64,000 nt of DNA from an uncultured Smithella sp. (GTDB lineage: Bacteria; Desulfobacterota; Syntrophia; Syntrophales; Smithellaceae): positions 2,039-66,038 of the forward strand of contig CAZSQS010000009.1 of assembly GCA_964608995.1 (NCBI GenBank), read 5' to 3'. How positions within the stretch are numbered: position 1 is the first letter of the stretch; each line of letters starts with the position of its first letter. The notes beneath the pieces are model-generated. The model was given only the letters and a program-made list of their open reading frames with translations, ran no database searches and was not told where the DNA came from. Both the position numbers and the translations under genes were made by a program. Shown in pieces: positions 18,638-28,991 of this stretch.

Positions 18638-19756
18638 ATGATCATTGCCGGCGAAGCCTCCGGTGACCTGCATGGCGCTTATCTGGTGCGTGAAATGCTG
18701 GCGCTTCATCCAGGCCTGCGGTTTTGCGGGATTGGCGGAAATCGGATGAAGGAGGCGGGGGTGGAGCTTCTGGCGCATGCTGCGGATATCGCTGTGGTCG
18801 GTGTCAGCGAGGTTTTTTCGAAAATCACCACGTTTGTTTCCATCATTTCCCGTATAAAAAAAACTCTAGATACGTTTAAGCCCCAGCTCGTCATTTTGAT
18901 CGATTTTCCGGATTTCAACCTCCACATCGTTGCGCCCGCTGCAAAGAAAAGAAACATCCCGATTTTTTACTACATCAGTCCGCAGGTCTGGGCCTGGCGA
19001 AGCTCTCGGGTTGAAAAAATTAAAAGGCTGGTGAAACGGATGGCTGTGATCCTGCCCTTTGAAGTCGATTTTTACGCGGCGCGTGGCTATTGTGTCGATT
19101 ATGTGGGTCATCCGCTTCTGGAAACCGTTCGGTCCGAGCTATCCAAATCCGAGGCGCAAGACGCCCTGGGACTTCAGCTGGGCCATACGACCATCGGCCT
19201 TTTGCCGGGTAGCCGCACGGCGGAGATCGAAAGACTGCTGCCCGAAATGATGGGCGCGGCAAAAATCATTTTACAGCAGATGCCTGAGGCGCAATTTATT
19301 CTGCCGTTGGCCGACACGCTCAAGGAAGACCGGGTTCGCGCAATCATTTCCGCCTCGGGCGTTTCCGTCCGGATCGTGCCGGGGCGCATGTATGATGTTC
19401 TGGCGTCCTGCGATCTGGCGATCGTGACGTCCGGCACCGCAACACTGGAAACGGGGCTGATGGGCGTGCCCATGATTATCATCTACCGGCTCTCGGTTTT
19501 CTCGGCGATCATTGGCAAGCTGATCCTGCGGCCGCAGCTCATCGGGCTGGTCAATATCATCGCGGGGAAAATGGTTGCGCCGGAGCTCATCCAGCTTGAC
19601 GCCAACGCCAAACGCATCGCTTCGGAGGCGCTCGCGATTCTCCGAAACGAAGAAAAAAAGCAGGTCATGATTGCGGAGCTTTCCCGGATCCGCGCCAAAA
19701 TGGGATCCCCCGGCGCCGCGAGAAGAGCTGCGCAAATTGCCTGTGATATGCTATAG
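18638..19756 (+). CDS. lpxB: lipid-A-disaccharide synthase
   Basis: Has the LpxB N-terminus MIIAGEASGDLHGA and the GT19 layout. I moved the start from 18587 to ATG 18638. Confidence 0.9.
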   Translation: MIIAGEASGDLHGAYLVREMLALHPGLRFCGIGGNRMKEAGVELLAHAADIAVVGVSEVFSKITTFVSIISRIKKTLDTFKPQLVILIDFPDFNLHIVAPAAKKRNIPIFYYISPQVWAWRSSRVEKIKRLVKRMAVILPFEVDFYAARGYCVDYVGHPLLETVRSELSKSEAQDALGLQLGHTTIGLLPGSRTAEIERLLPEMMGAAKIILQQMPEAQFILPLADTLKEDRVRAIISASGVSVRIVPGRMYDVLASCDLAIVTSGTATLETGLMGVPMIIIYRLSVFSAIIGKLILRPQLIGLVNIIAGKMVAPELIQLDANAKRIASEALAILRNEEKKQVMIAELSRIRAKMGSPGAARRAAQIACDML

Positions 19757-19765
19757 AGGATTACC

Positions 19766-21523
19766 ATGATACTGTTTAAACGATTGTTACATTTATCCAA
19801 GCCCTACCTCCCCCGTTTTATTGTGGCGGCGATTTGCATGATCGTCGTCGGCGCCATGACTTCTGCGCAGGCGCTTCTGATCAAGCCCATCACCGACGGT
19901 ATTTTTGTTAATAAAAATTACGACATGCTGCGCTGGATCCCATTTGCCGTCATCGGCGTCTTCCTTTTCAAAGGGGCGGCGACCTACGCCCAGACGCTGA
20001 TTATGAGCTACATCGGATTGCGCATCGTCGCCGATATGCGAAACCAGCTCTATGATCACATCCAGCGGCAGTCGCTGGCGTTTTTTACACAATACCCCAC
20101 CGGCATCCTGATGTCGCGCATCACCAATGATGTCAACGCCATTGAAAACGCCACTTCTGAGGCGGTGACCAGCCTGATCCGGGACACCTTCACCATCATT
20201 GCGCTGGTGGGCGTCATCTTATATATGGACTGGAAGCTCGCGCTCATTGCTCTGGTTGTCTTCCCCGTCACCGCCTATCCCATCTCGATTTTTGGCAGGA
20301 AGATGCGCAAATATACCACGTCGCAGCAGGTCACCATGGGTGATCTCACGTCGCTTCTGCAGGAAACCATTTCCGGCACGCGCATTGTGAAAGCGTTCAG
20401 CATGGAAAAATATGAGAGCAAACGATTTGCCAAAGAAAACGAACGGCTGTTCAGGCTGCACATGAAGGTGGTGTCCATCCAGGCGCTTTCTCACCCCGTG
20501 ATGGAATTTCTGGCATCGCTGGGCCTGGCCGCCGTCATTTTTTACGGCGGCTACAATGTATTGCACGGCCACACGACCCTGGGAACCCTGGGCACATTTC
20601 TGGCCGCCGCCATGATGCTCTATGAGCCGGTCAAGCGCCTGACCAACGTGAATAATTCGATCAACCGCGGCATTGCCGGCGCGGAGCGGGTTTTCAGTAT
20701 TATCGACCGTGTGCCGGACATTAAAGATGAACCCGGTGCGGTGATGCTGCCGCCCGTATCGAAGGGCATCGACATTCAACAGGTGGATTTCCGCTATGAG
20801 GCAACGCCGGTGCTCAAAAACATCCATCTGACCATCAAGGCAGGTGAGGTAGTGGCTTTTGTCGGCATGAGCGGTGGTGGAAAAACGTCGCTGGTCAATC
20901 TCATCCCCCGGTTTTACGATGTAACGGCGGGTCGGATTTTGATTGACGGCCATGACATCCGCAATGTCACGCTGGGGTCGCTTCGCGGCCAGATCGGCAT
21001 TGTCACGCAGCAGACGATTTTATTTAACGACACGGTGCGAAACAACATTGCCTACGGCGACATTGAACGCACGGAAGAAGATATTCAAAACGCCGCGAAG
21101 GCGGCCAACGCGCATGATTTTATTCTGAAGCTCCCGCAGGGTTACGACAGCAATATCGGCGAACTGGGAACCAAGCTCTCCGGCGGGGAAAAGCAGCGCA
21201 TCTCGATTGCCCGCGCGATTTTGAAAAACGCGCCAATCCTCATTCTGGATGAAGCCACCTCATCTCTGGACACAGAGGCGGAAATTGAGGTGCAGGACGC
21301 CCTGGATAATCTGATGAAGGGCCGCACGACGCTGGTGATTGCGCATCGGCTTTCGACCATCCGCAACGCAGACCGCATCGTGGCTTTAGTCAACGGCGAA
21401 ATCGTTGAGGAAGGCAATCACGAAGAGCTGATGGCCAAAAAGGGCGAATACTACCGGCTGCACCAGTTGCAGTTTAAAGAAGAGGGCAACGGCCATGATC
21501 GACTGGCAAAGGATCTGGAATGA
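19766..21523 (+). CDS. msbA: lipid A export ABC transporter (ATP-binding/permease)
   Basis: 585 aa with a six-TM domain followed by an NBD: Walker A GMSGGGKTS, LSGGEKQR, ILILDEATS. It lies in an lpx context. Confidence 0.85.
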   Translation: MILFKRLLHLSKPYLPRFIVAAICMIVVGAMTSAQALLIKPITDGIFVNKNYDMLRWIPFAVIGVFLFKGAATYAQTLIMSYIGLRIVADMRNQLYDHIQRQSLAFFTQYPTGILMSRITNDVNAIENATSEAVTSLIRDTFTIIALVGVILYMDWKLALIALVVFPVTAYPISIFGRKMRKYTTSQQVTMGDLTSLLQETISGTRIVKAFSMEKYESKRFAKENERLFRLHMKVVSIQALSHPVMEFLASLGLAAVIFYGGYNVLHGHTTLGTLGTFLAAAMMLYEPVKRLTNVNNSINRGIAGAERVFSIIDRVPDIKDEPGAVMLPPVSKGIDIQQVDFRYEATPVLKNIHLTIKAGEVVAFVGMSGGGKTSLVNLIPRFYDVTAGRILIDGHDIRNVTLGSLRGQIGIVTQQTILFNDTVRNNIAYGDIERTEEDIQNAAKAANAHDFILKLPQGYDSNIGELGTKLSGGEKQRISIARAILKNAPILILDEATSSLDTEAEIEVQDALDNLMKGRTTLVIAHRLSTIRNADRIVALVNGEIVEEGNHEELMAKKGEYYRLHQLQFKEEGNGHDRLAKDLE

Positions 21524-22595
21524 CGACGCGTATCGCGGGATCAGTCCGGTCCGGGGCATTCTTTATAGCTTGTCCTTGCCTTACCGGCTGATTATCTGTG
21601 CGCGAAATGGCCTCTATGACCGGCGGATGCTTTCAATCGCTCACCTGACCCGGCCAGTCATCAGCGTGGGCAACCTCACGGTGGGCGGCACGGGGAAAAC
21701 CCCCTGTGTGATCCGCCTGGCCCAAATCCTCCACAATCGCGGGTATCGTCCCGCCATCATCAGCCGCGGTTACGGCGGCAAAAGCAAAGCCCCGGTCAAC
21801 GTGGTTTCCGACGGTCAGTCTGTTTTGCTCGATGCCGACGCCGCGGGAGACGAGCCGGTTTTGATTGCCCGGTCACTTCCGGGGATCCCGGTTTTGACCG
21901 GGCGAAAGCGGCATCTGGCAGGTCAGGCGGCCATCGAACGCTTCGGTGTAAATGTCCTGATTGGCGATGACGCCTTTCAGCACCGGCAGCTTCACCGGGA
22001 CATCGACGTTGTTTTACTTGACGCTTCAAAGCCACTGGGAAACGGCTGGCTCCTCCCCGCCGGGGAGCTGCGCGAGCCGCCCCAAAGCCTTCGGCGCGCA
22101 AGCTGCCTCATATTGACAAGACACAACGCCACCTGTCCGGACGATCCGCGCGTGGCGCAAATGGCCCGCGAGGAGCGCCTGCCCGTCTATCATGCGGTTC
22201 ACCGGTTTTCAGGACTTCTCGGGCCGGATGGATCGCTCCAGCCTCCCCAAAGCCTTCAGGGCAAAAAAGTCTGCGCGTTTTGCGGCATCGCCAAACCCGA
22301 GTCTTTCAAGGTGCTGCTTGTTGAAGCGGGGGCCGAAGTTGTCGCCTTCAACCCGTATCCGGATCATTATGTTTTTCGCCGCCTTGATATTGATGACCTG
22401 GAGGATCAGTGCCGACGCCTGCAAGCGGATATGCTCATCACCACCGAAAAAGACGCGATGCGACTGGCTGGCTTTCCGGAGTTTTTCAAATCGTTGTATG
22501 TGGTCCGCCTCGAAATGGATATTGAACCCGCACAAGCTTTGGAAGAAACCCTTCTGGCGCGGCTTGCCGCATTTTCGCCGAAAGAGACGCCATGA
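21495..22595 (+). CDS. lpxK: tetraacyldisaccharide 4'-kinase
   Basis: Has the P-loop GNLTVGGTGKTP characteristic of LpxK, at 366 aa. It overlaps the msbA 3' end by 29 nt. Confidence 0.9.
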   Translation: MIDWQRIWNDDAYRGISPVRGILYSLSLPYRLIICARNGLYDRRMLSIAHLTRPVISVGNLTVGGTGKTPCVIRLAQILHNRGYRPAIISRGYGGKSKAPVNVVSDGQSVLLDADAAGDEPVLIARSLPGIPVLTGRKRHLAGQAAIERFGVNVLIGDDAFQHRQLHRDIDVVLLDASKPLGNGWLLPAGELREPPQSLRRASCLILTRHNATCPDDPRVAQMAREERLPVYHAVHRFSGLLGPDGSLQPPQSLQGKKVCAFCGIAKPESFKVLLVEAGAEVVAFNPYPDHYVFRRLDIDDLEDQCRRLQADMLITTEKDAMRLAGFPEFFKSLYVVRLEMDIEPAQALEETLLARLAAFSPKETP

Positions 22596-23494
22596 AATCC
22601 GACTGGCCGCTGAAGATGAAACTCGCCGCGCTTTGCCTTCGCGTTTTGCCGCTTGGCCTTCGGCGCGCATTGGTGTCCGCTCTGGCTGCGGCCGGTTATT
22701 CTCTGTTATTTAAGCACCGGATGATTGCCCTGCACAATCTGGCCCGCGCGTTTCCGGAAAAATCCATAGACGAGTTGAAGGCCATCGCGAAAGCCTCGTA
22801 TAAAAGCTTTGCACTGATCACGGCCGAGTTCTCCGACATCGTCCGGCTTTCCCGCGAAACCTTAAGCCAGTGGGGAGAGCTTTGCGGCCTGAATAATTAT
22901 GAAAAGGCCTTAAGTGAAGGGAAGGGCGTGCTGCTCATCGGCGGCCATTTCGGCAACTGGGAATACGGCCAGGCCGCGCTTGCGCTTTTGTCGCAACCGC
23001 CCGTGTTTATGGGACGCAAGATGGACAGCGCGTTTATCGAAGAGGGGATTAGACGGGGGCGAGCGCTTCTGGGCATCCGCACGCTCAACAAGGAAGGCGC
23101 GCTTCGGCCGACGCTTCGCCTGCTCAAGGACGGCCATGCGGTGGTGGTGCTGATTGATCAAAACGTGGCCGCCACAGAAGGGCTGTTTGTGGATTTCTTC
23201 GGCCGGCCGGCCTGCACGACGGCGGGCGTGGCGTTGATGGCGCTTCGAACCGGTGCAGCCGTTTTGCCTTTTTTTACGACCCGTATGCCGGATGGGCGCT
23301 ATTTTGCTCAAATCGGTGAGCCGATTTCTCTGGTGAAAACCGGCGATCGCGACGCGGATGTCCGCATCAATACGCAACGCTACACGGCTGCCATTGAAGC
23401 GCAGGTTCGCCAATACCCGGCGCAGTGGTTCTGGATTCATCAGCGCTGGAAAACTAAACGCTGTCAGCTGCCAAAAACGGGGACGCTCTCATGA
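22592..23494 (+). CDS. lipid A late acyltransferase (LpxL/HtrB-like lysophospholipid acyltransferase family)
   Basis: 300 aa with an N-terminal TM and the acyltransferase motif GGHFGNWE. There is an ATGA overlap with lpxK. Confidence 0.65.
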   Translation: MKSDWPLKMKLAALCLRVLPLGLRRALVSALAAAGYSLLFKHRMIALHNLARAFPEKSIDELKAIAKASYKSFALITAEFSDIVRLSRETLSQWGELCGLNNYEKALSEGKGVLLIGGHFGNWEYGQAALALLSQPPVFMGRKMDSAFIEEGIRRGRALLGIRTLNKEGALRPTLRLLKDGHAVVVLIDQNVAATEGLFVDFFGRPACTTAGVALMALRTGAAVLPFFTTRMPDGRYFAQIGEPISLVKTGDRDADVRINTQRYTAAIEAQVRQYPAQWFWIHQRWKTKRCQLPKTGTLS

Positions 23495-24540
23495 TGCTGG
23501 AGGCGCAAAATAAACTGCCGCAAAACGGTTTGGACCGGATTTTGATCCGCGGCACGAATTGGATTGGCGACGCCATCATGACGCTGCCGGCGGTGGCCTC
23601 CGTGCGCGAGGCCTACCCCGAGGCGCATCTGGCGATTCTGGCCAAGCCGCCGGTTTCTGAAATTTACAGACTGTTTTCCGGCGCCAATGAAATTGTGCCG
23701 TATGAAAGCCGCTTCGACACGCCGCTGGGCGTTTTTGCGCTGGCGCGAAAGCTTCGCGCTTTAAAGTTTGACGCAGCGATTCTCCTGCAAAATGCGATCG
23801 AAGCCGCCATCATCGCGCGGGTGGCGGGCATTCCTGTCCGCGCCGGTTTCAATACGGATGGGCGTGGTCTGCTTTTGACGCATCCGGTTGGGCGCACAGA
23901 GGCCATTCTGAAGGTCCATCAAATCGATTATTATCTTGAAATGGTCAAGGCGCTGGGATGCGCAGATGTCAGCCGGGTGTTGCATCTGGATACCTTTCTT
24001 TCCCGGAGCGCCGCCCAGGACGCCCGGGTCCGCTATGTGCCAGAGGATCTCACCGCTCTCATTGGCCTTGCGCCCGGCGCGACTTACGGCCCGGCCAAGC
24101 GCTGGTTTCCCGAACGCTTTGCCGAAGTGGGCGACAGGCTTTGCCGGAGCCTCTCGGCGCGGGCGTTGCTCTTCGGCAGCGCGGCCGACCGGGAGGTCAC
24201 TGATCGTGTCGCAGCTCGGGCGAAGATGCCCATGATCAACCTTGCGGGCCAAACCGGCATTGAGGAAACGGTCTATCTCTTGTCGCAGTGCCGGGTGGTG
24301 ATCAGCAACGATTCGGGTCTCATGCATGTGGCGGCCGGCCTGAATGTGCCGACCGTGGCGATTTTCGGTTCGACCAATCCGCAGACGACCTCACCTTCCG
24401 GAGAAAAGACTGTCATGGTCCGCAAACCGGTTTCGTGCAGTCCCTGTCTGAAAAAAGTCTGTCCGACGGATTTTCGCTGCATGGATGCCATTTCGGTTGA
24501 CGATGTCGTTGGGGCGGCCAATATTTTGTTGAAGGGCTGA
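23491..24540 (+). CDS. waaF: ADP-heptose:LPS heptosyltransferase II (GT9)
   Basis: The N-terminus RILIRGTNWIGDAIMTLPA resembles the WaaF pattern (GPSWVGD). It is a 349-aa GT9 protein and is overlap-coupled to the upstream gene. Confidence 0.65.
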   Translation: MMLEAQNKLPQNGLDRILIRGTNWIGDAIMTLPAVASVREAYPEAHLAILAKPPVSEIYRLFSGANEIVPYESRFDTPLGVFALARKLRALKFDAAILLQNAIEAAIIARVAGIPVRAGFNTDGRGLLLTHPVGRTEAILKVHQIDYYLEMVKALGCADVSRVLHLDTFLSRSAAQDARVRYVPEDLTALIGLAPGATYGPAKRWFPERFAEVGDRLCRSLSARALLFGSAADREVTDRVAARAKMPMINLAGQTGIEETVYLLSQCRVVISNDSGLMHVAAGLNVPTVAIFGSTNPQTTSPSGEKTVMVRKPVSCSPCLKKVCPTDFRCMDAISVDDVVGAANILLKG

Positions 24541-24547
24541 AATCATC

Positions 24548-25135
24548 ATGAAGAAAGACACAGCCATTTTTCTGGATCGCGACGGCACGCTCAACGTCGA
24601 AGTGGGCTATCTCGATTCCGAAGATAAGCTTTCGATTCTTCCCGAAGCGTATGAGGCCGTCCGGCGCATCAATGAAAGCGGCCCAAAAGCTATTGTGGTC
24701 ACCAATCAGGCCGGTGTGGCCAAGGGATTATTTTCAGAAGATTTCGTCCGCCGCATTCACGAAGAGATTTCAACCCGGTTCTCCCACCGGGGGGCGCGCA
24801 TCGACGGCTTTTATTACTGTCCGCATCACCCCACCGAGGGGCGCGAACCTTACCGTCAGGTCTGCACCTGCCGCAAACCCGAACCGGGCCTGCTTTTACA
24901 GGCGGCCCGCGATTTCGACATCGATCTGGCCCGATCCTATATGATCGGGGACCGGTACCGCGATATCGAAACGGCGCATCGCGTTGGCGCCAAAGGCGTT
25001 CTGGTTTTGACCGGCTATGGGCAGGATCTGTTGCAGGAGGCGGGCCCGGATGCGGCCAATGCGCACAATGCGCCGGATTACATCGCGGCCGATATTCTTG
25101 CGGCCGTCAACTGGATATTGAAGGATCGTTCGTGA
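24548..25135 (+). CDS. gmhB: D-glycero-D-manno-heptose 1,7-bisphosphate phosphatase
   Basis: Has the HAD motif FLDRDGT and the zinc-binding pattern YYCPHHP...CTCRKPEPG typical of GmhB. Confidence 0.8.
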   Translation: MKKDTAIFLDRDGTLNVEVGYLDSEDKLSILPEAYEAVRRINESGPKAIVVTNQAGVAKGLFSEDFVRRIHEEISTRFSHRGARIDGFYYCPHHPTEGREPYRQVCTCRKPEPGLLLQAARDFDIDLARSYMIGDRYRDIETAHRVGAKGVLVLTGYGQDLLQEAGPDAANAHNAPDYIAADILAAVNWILKDRS

Positions 25136-26187
25136 ACATACTGATCGTGAAACTGAGCGCCATCGGCGACGTCATCCATACACTGCCTTCGCTTGCGGCG
25201 ATTCGCAGGCGCTACCCTCAGGCGCACATCACCTGGGTGGTGGAACAGGCGGCCTCCGATCTGGTGATGAATCATCCCCTCCTGGACCGCACACTTGTCC
25301 TTTCCCGCAAAAGCTGGATGGCGGATGTGAAAAATGGCAGGATCCATTCGGCGTGGCGGGGCTTTTCGTCGTTTCTTGCCGAGCTTCAGGTGCGCCCCTA
25401 TGATCTGGTCATTGATTTCCATGGCCTTCTCAAAAGCGCGCTCGTGGTATTATTGAGTTCCGGCAAAAGAAAGCTGGGCTATGATTCCTGGCAGGAATTA
25501 AGCGGCTTGTTTTACAATGAAAAAATTCCGGAAGACATGAACAAGCATGCCGTGGAGCGCTATCTGGATTTCGCGCGTTACCTGGGCGCGGCGGACGCTG
25601 CGCCTGAGTTTGTCCTGCCGCCTCTGTCGGATGAGCGCGAAAAACAGTTATCGGCGCTCTTGGCGCGACATCAGTTGGAAGATAAAAAATTTATAGCCGT
25701 AAGCCCCGTCGCCCTTTGGGACACCAAATTATGGGATGACGGGAAATTCGCGGCGCTGGCCGATACCATGGCCCAAAAATGGGGCCTGCCCATCGTCTTT
25801 ACCGGACGGGACCGAAGCGAGCTGGAGAGGATCACGGCCTCCATGACGATGTCCGCTGTAAACTTAGGCGGCCAAACGTCCTTGACTCAGGCAGCCCGGT
25901 TATATAAGAAAGCCCTGACGGTCGTGACAACGGATTCCGGCCCCATGCATCTGGCGGCTGCTGTCGGGACGCCGGTCGTCGCGCTTTTCGGTCCGACGGA
26001 TCCTGCGCGCACCGGGCCTTATGGAACCGGTCATGAGATTGTCCGGGCGGGAATTGATTGCAGCCCTTGTTTCTCAAAAAAATGTCAGACCCGGAAGTGT
26101 ATGGAAGACATTCCGCCTCAGCAAGTCCTCAATGCCGTAGAAATAATTATTCAAAGGGAGCTTAAGAGCCCATTAATTGATGAATAA
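25132..26187 (+). CDS. waaC: ADP-heptose:LPS heptosyltransferase I (GT9)
   Basis: The N-terminus MNILIVKLSAIGDVIHTLPSLAAIRRRYP closely follows the WaaC pattern (IVKTSSMGDVLHTLPA). 351 aa. Confidence 0.7.
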   Translation: MNILIVKLSAIGDVIHTLPSLAAIRRRYPQAHITWVVEQAASDLVMNHPLLDRTLVLSRKSWMADVKNGRIHSAWRGFSSFLAELQVRPYDLVIDFHGLLKSALVVLLSSGKRKLGYDSWQELSGLFYNEKIPEDMNKHAVERYLDFARYLGAADAAPEFVLPPLSDEREKQLSALLARHQLEDKKFIAVSPVALWDTKLWDDGKFAALADTMAQKWGLPIVFTGRDRSELERITASMTMSAVNLGGQTSLTQAARLYKKALTVVTTDSGPMHLAAAVGTPVVALFGPTDPARTGPYGTGHEIVRAGIDCSPCFSKKCQTRKCMEDIPPQQVLNAVEIIIQRELKSPLIDE

Positions 26188-27781
26188 ATCCATTTTACGC
26201 TTTATCCTGATTTTATCGATGCTGATGACGTCCGCGCTGGCGGGCGCGCCTGTCTGGGCCGCGTCATCCGTCAATGTGACGCTCGGGCGTGACGTGTATG
26301 ACGCCATGGATTTCTGGGCGGCCGAGGGGCTGATCGGAAGCACGATTTCTTCCATCCGGCCTTATGAGGCAGGCGAGGTCGGACGGCAGTTCATTGCCGC
26401 GATGGATGCCTGTACCCGGACAAAAACACACGCCGCCTCGTGCCGCCAAATTAAAAATCATTATGCGCCCCTGTTCAGCGCAGAAATAGCTGAGGCGCAA
26501 TCGCCTCAGCAGACGAGTCACACGTACTTCAAACCGCTGGGGGTTTTTTCCGCCGGCTATTCCTATTTCCGCGGACCTGCCTCGATTTTCAACAACGAAG
26601 GCATCGACTACGGAACCGGACACAATGCGCTTGTGTCCCTGCAATCCTCCGCTCGGCTCTTCCAGGTCTTTTCGTTTTTTACCGAGCCGGTTTTTATATT
26701 CAATTCGCATTTCGGACAGACGGGTGCGCAAACCGGCGCAGCCGCGAACCGGCCTTTTACGGAGGATCGTGGTGACACGCGCGCGGACATCCGTCTGCTC
26801 AAGGGCTATGCCAAGCTCAACCTGTTCAATGTGGAATTGCTCGTGGGGCGAGACTCCCTGTGGTGGGGTCCCGGCTATCATGGAGCGCTTCTGATGTCGA
26901 ATAACGCCCACCCGTTTGATATGATCAAGCTGTCCAATCCCAAACCGGTGTTGCTGCCTTGGGTTTTTTCTTTGCTGGGACCGGTTCAGTTCAATCTGAT
27001 TTTTTCCCAGCTCAACGATGAACGGTATGGCGCGGCAAAGGCCAACCCCTTCCTCTACGGCTTGCGGCTGGCCATCAAACCCCATCCGTATCTCGAGCTT
27101 GGCGCATCGCATCTGGTGCAGTTCGGCGGTCCCGGAAGGCGTGATCTGACCGTCAAACAAGTGTTTGAAACCCTCTATGGCAACTCCAACCGCGACGGCG
27201 AAAAGACCGACAGCAATCAGCAATTCAGCGCGGATATCGCGCTTACGGTGCCGAATTTAAGGCCCTATCTCTTTGTCTTCGACGGGCTACGGATTTATTA
27301 TGAAATCGGCGGCGAAGACGCGGGCTATCCGCCTGACCGCCGGGCGCATCTGGCCGGAGTGGCCCTGTTCAAGCCGTTTGGCCTCGAAGGCGCCGTCCTT
27401 CGCGGCGAGTACGCGATTCTCTCCCCCTACAGCGTGCCGGAGGCGTGGTATAATCATGGTGATTACCCCATGCGTTACGAGGGCCGGGTGTTCGGGCATC
27501 ACGCCGGTTCCGACGCGGAAGATATTTTTCTCGAATGGTCTCACCGCTTCGATTCGGCCTTTTATAAACTGGGGTTTGATCACGAACGCAGCGGTGTTCA
27601 GCGCCAGGGACGGCCGGAGGTCCGGAAAAACCAGTATTTCGCGGAGGCCGGCTGGCAATTTCAAACGCATTACCGACTGTCGCTTCGCTATCTTTATGAA
27701 GATATTACCAACGCCAATTCGGTGAGCGGCGAACGGCAAAACAATTCCTATCTGGGCGTGGAAGCCGCTTTGTTTTTCTGA
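26180..27781 (+). CDS. outer-membrane capsule-assembly Wzi-like protein
   Basis: Has a signal peptide (...ALAGAPVWA). The segment LLVGRDSLWWGPGYHGALLMSNNAHPFDMIKLS recalls the Wzi family, and the C-terminus ends in ...EAALFF. The family assignment is from memory. Confidence 0.5.
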   Translation: MNKSILRFILILSMLMTSALAGAPVWAASSVNVTLGRDVYDAMDFWAAEGLIGSTISSIRPYEAGEVGRQFIAAMDACTRTKTHAASCRQIKNHYAPLFSAEIAEAQSPQQTSHTYFKPLGVFSAGYSYFRGPASIFNNEGIDYGTGHNALVSLQSSARLFQVFSFFTEPVFIFNSHFGQTGAQTGAAANRPFTEDRGDTRADIRLLKGYAKLNLFNVELLVGRDSLWWGPGYHGALLMSNNAHPFDMIKLSNPKPVLLPWVFSLLGPVQFNLIFSQLNDERYGAAKANPFLYGLRLAIKPHPYLELGASHLVQFGGPGRRDLTVKQVFETLYGNSNRDGEKTDSNQQFSADIALTVPNLRPYLFVFDGLRIYYEIGGEDAGYPPDRRAHLAGVALFKPFGLEGAVLRGEYAILSPYSVPEAWYNHGDYPMRYEGRVFGHHAGSDAEDIFLEWSHRFDSAFYKLGFDHERSGVQRQGRPEVRKNQYFAEAGWQFQTHYRLSLRYLYEDITNANSVSGERQNNSYLGVEAALFF

Positions 27782-27989
27782 GTGTCTGCGCCGGGCGAAA
27801 GCCTGATGCTTATGCACCGGAAGCCTTTGTGTACCCGGTGTACGAGCCGTTTTTGAGTTGATTCCTTCGGGGCAACATGTTATGCAAATCCGCAAAATCA
27901 AAAAAAGTGTATCGTCTGCCCGTATCCTGATATCTTGAATAAAGACGCATGAATTGAGCATAAAACGCACGAATACCGGAAAGGAAAGC

Positions 27990-28991
27990 ATGAGCGATCA
28001 TATCGAAAATAATGAATCCCTGAAAACTCCGGCGCCCGAAGAGGACGAAATCGATCTTCTGGAACTGGCGCGCGTCATCTGGGGCGGCAGAAAACTGATT
28101 ATGGCTATTGTCATTGGCTTTACCCTGTTAACCGCCATAGCCTCCCTTTTCATGACCAATATTTATACAGCGCAGGCGATGATCAAGCCCGTGACATCTG
28201 ATCGCGGCGCATCCAGGGTCTCAGCGCTGGCAGCGCAGTTTGGCGGATTGGCCAGCCTGGCGGGCATTGCCATGCCGGGTGCCGCGTCATCCACTGAACT
28301 GGTCAATCTTTTAAAATCCAATGTGCTTAAAAAGCGGGTGATTGAACGGTATGACCTCCTGCCTGTTTTGTTTGATAAAAAATGGGACAGTGAAAAAAAG
28401 ACATGGAAGGGGGGTAAGAAGGGTGGCTTTACGCTGAACCCTCTGGCGCTTCTGACTAAGATTCGTCCGGCCGACCCCAATGCTGCAAAAAAGACACCGG
28501 GTGTCCCCGAAATCTGGGATGGCATTCGCGCATTAACCAAGATTACAAAAATCAATTACAATCTGAAAGAGGATGTCATTACCATCACCGTCAACTTCCG
28601 GGATCCGGACGTCGCCGCGTCTATCGCCGGCTATGTTATAGAGGAGCTCAACGAATACCTCAGCACGGAGGCCAAGCGGATCGCACTCATCAATAAGACC
28701 TATCTGGAGAATCAGCTTTCGGAAACAACCGATCCGCTGGTCCAGCAAAAAATTTACGGGCTCATCGCGGAAAAAATTGAGATGATGATGATGTCGGAGG
28801 TCAAGGAAGGCTTCGCTTTTAAAGTGCTGGACCCGCCGATGTCTCCGGATCGTAAAAGCAAACCCAAGCGAGCGCAAATGGTGGTTGTTGCTTTTATGGT
28901 TTCTCTGTTTCTCGGTGTTATGATTGTTTTTGCCAGAGCGTATGTGAAAAAAATTAAAGCCAAATCCGCCGGAGGGTCCAATGAAGCATAA
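27990..28991 (+). CDS. Wzz-like polysaccharide chain-length determinant (PCP, no kinase domain)
   Basis: The N-terminus EIDLLELARVIWGGRKLIMAIVIGFTLL plus TM is the typical Wzz signature. It has a periplasmic coiled region and a second TM near the C-terminus (VVVAFMVSLFLGVMIVF). The ATG at 27990 has an RBS (ggaaaggaaag). Confidence 0.65.
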   Translation: MSDHIENNESLKTPAPEEDEIDLLELARVIWGGRKLIMAIVIGFTLLTAIASLFMTNIYTAQAMIKPVTSDRGASRVSALAAQFGGLASLAGIAMPGAASSTELVNLLKSNVLKKRVIERYDLLPVLFDKKWDSEKKTWKGGKKGGFTLNPLALLTKIRPADPNAAKKTPGVPEIWDGIRALTKITKINYNLKEDVITITVNFRDPDVAASIAGYVIEELNEYLSTEAKRIALINKTYLENQLSETTDPLVQQKIYGLIAEKIEMMMMSEVKEGFAFKVLDPPMSPDRKSKPKRAQMVVVAFMVSLFLGVMIVFARAYVKKIKAKSAGGSNEA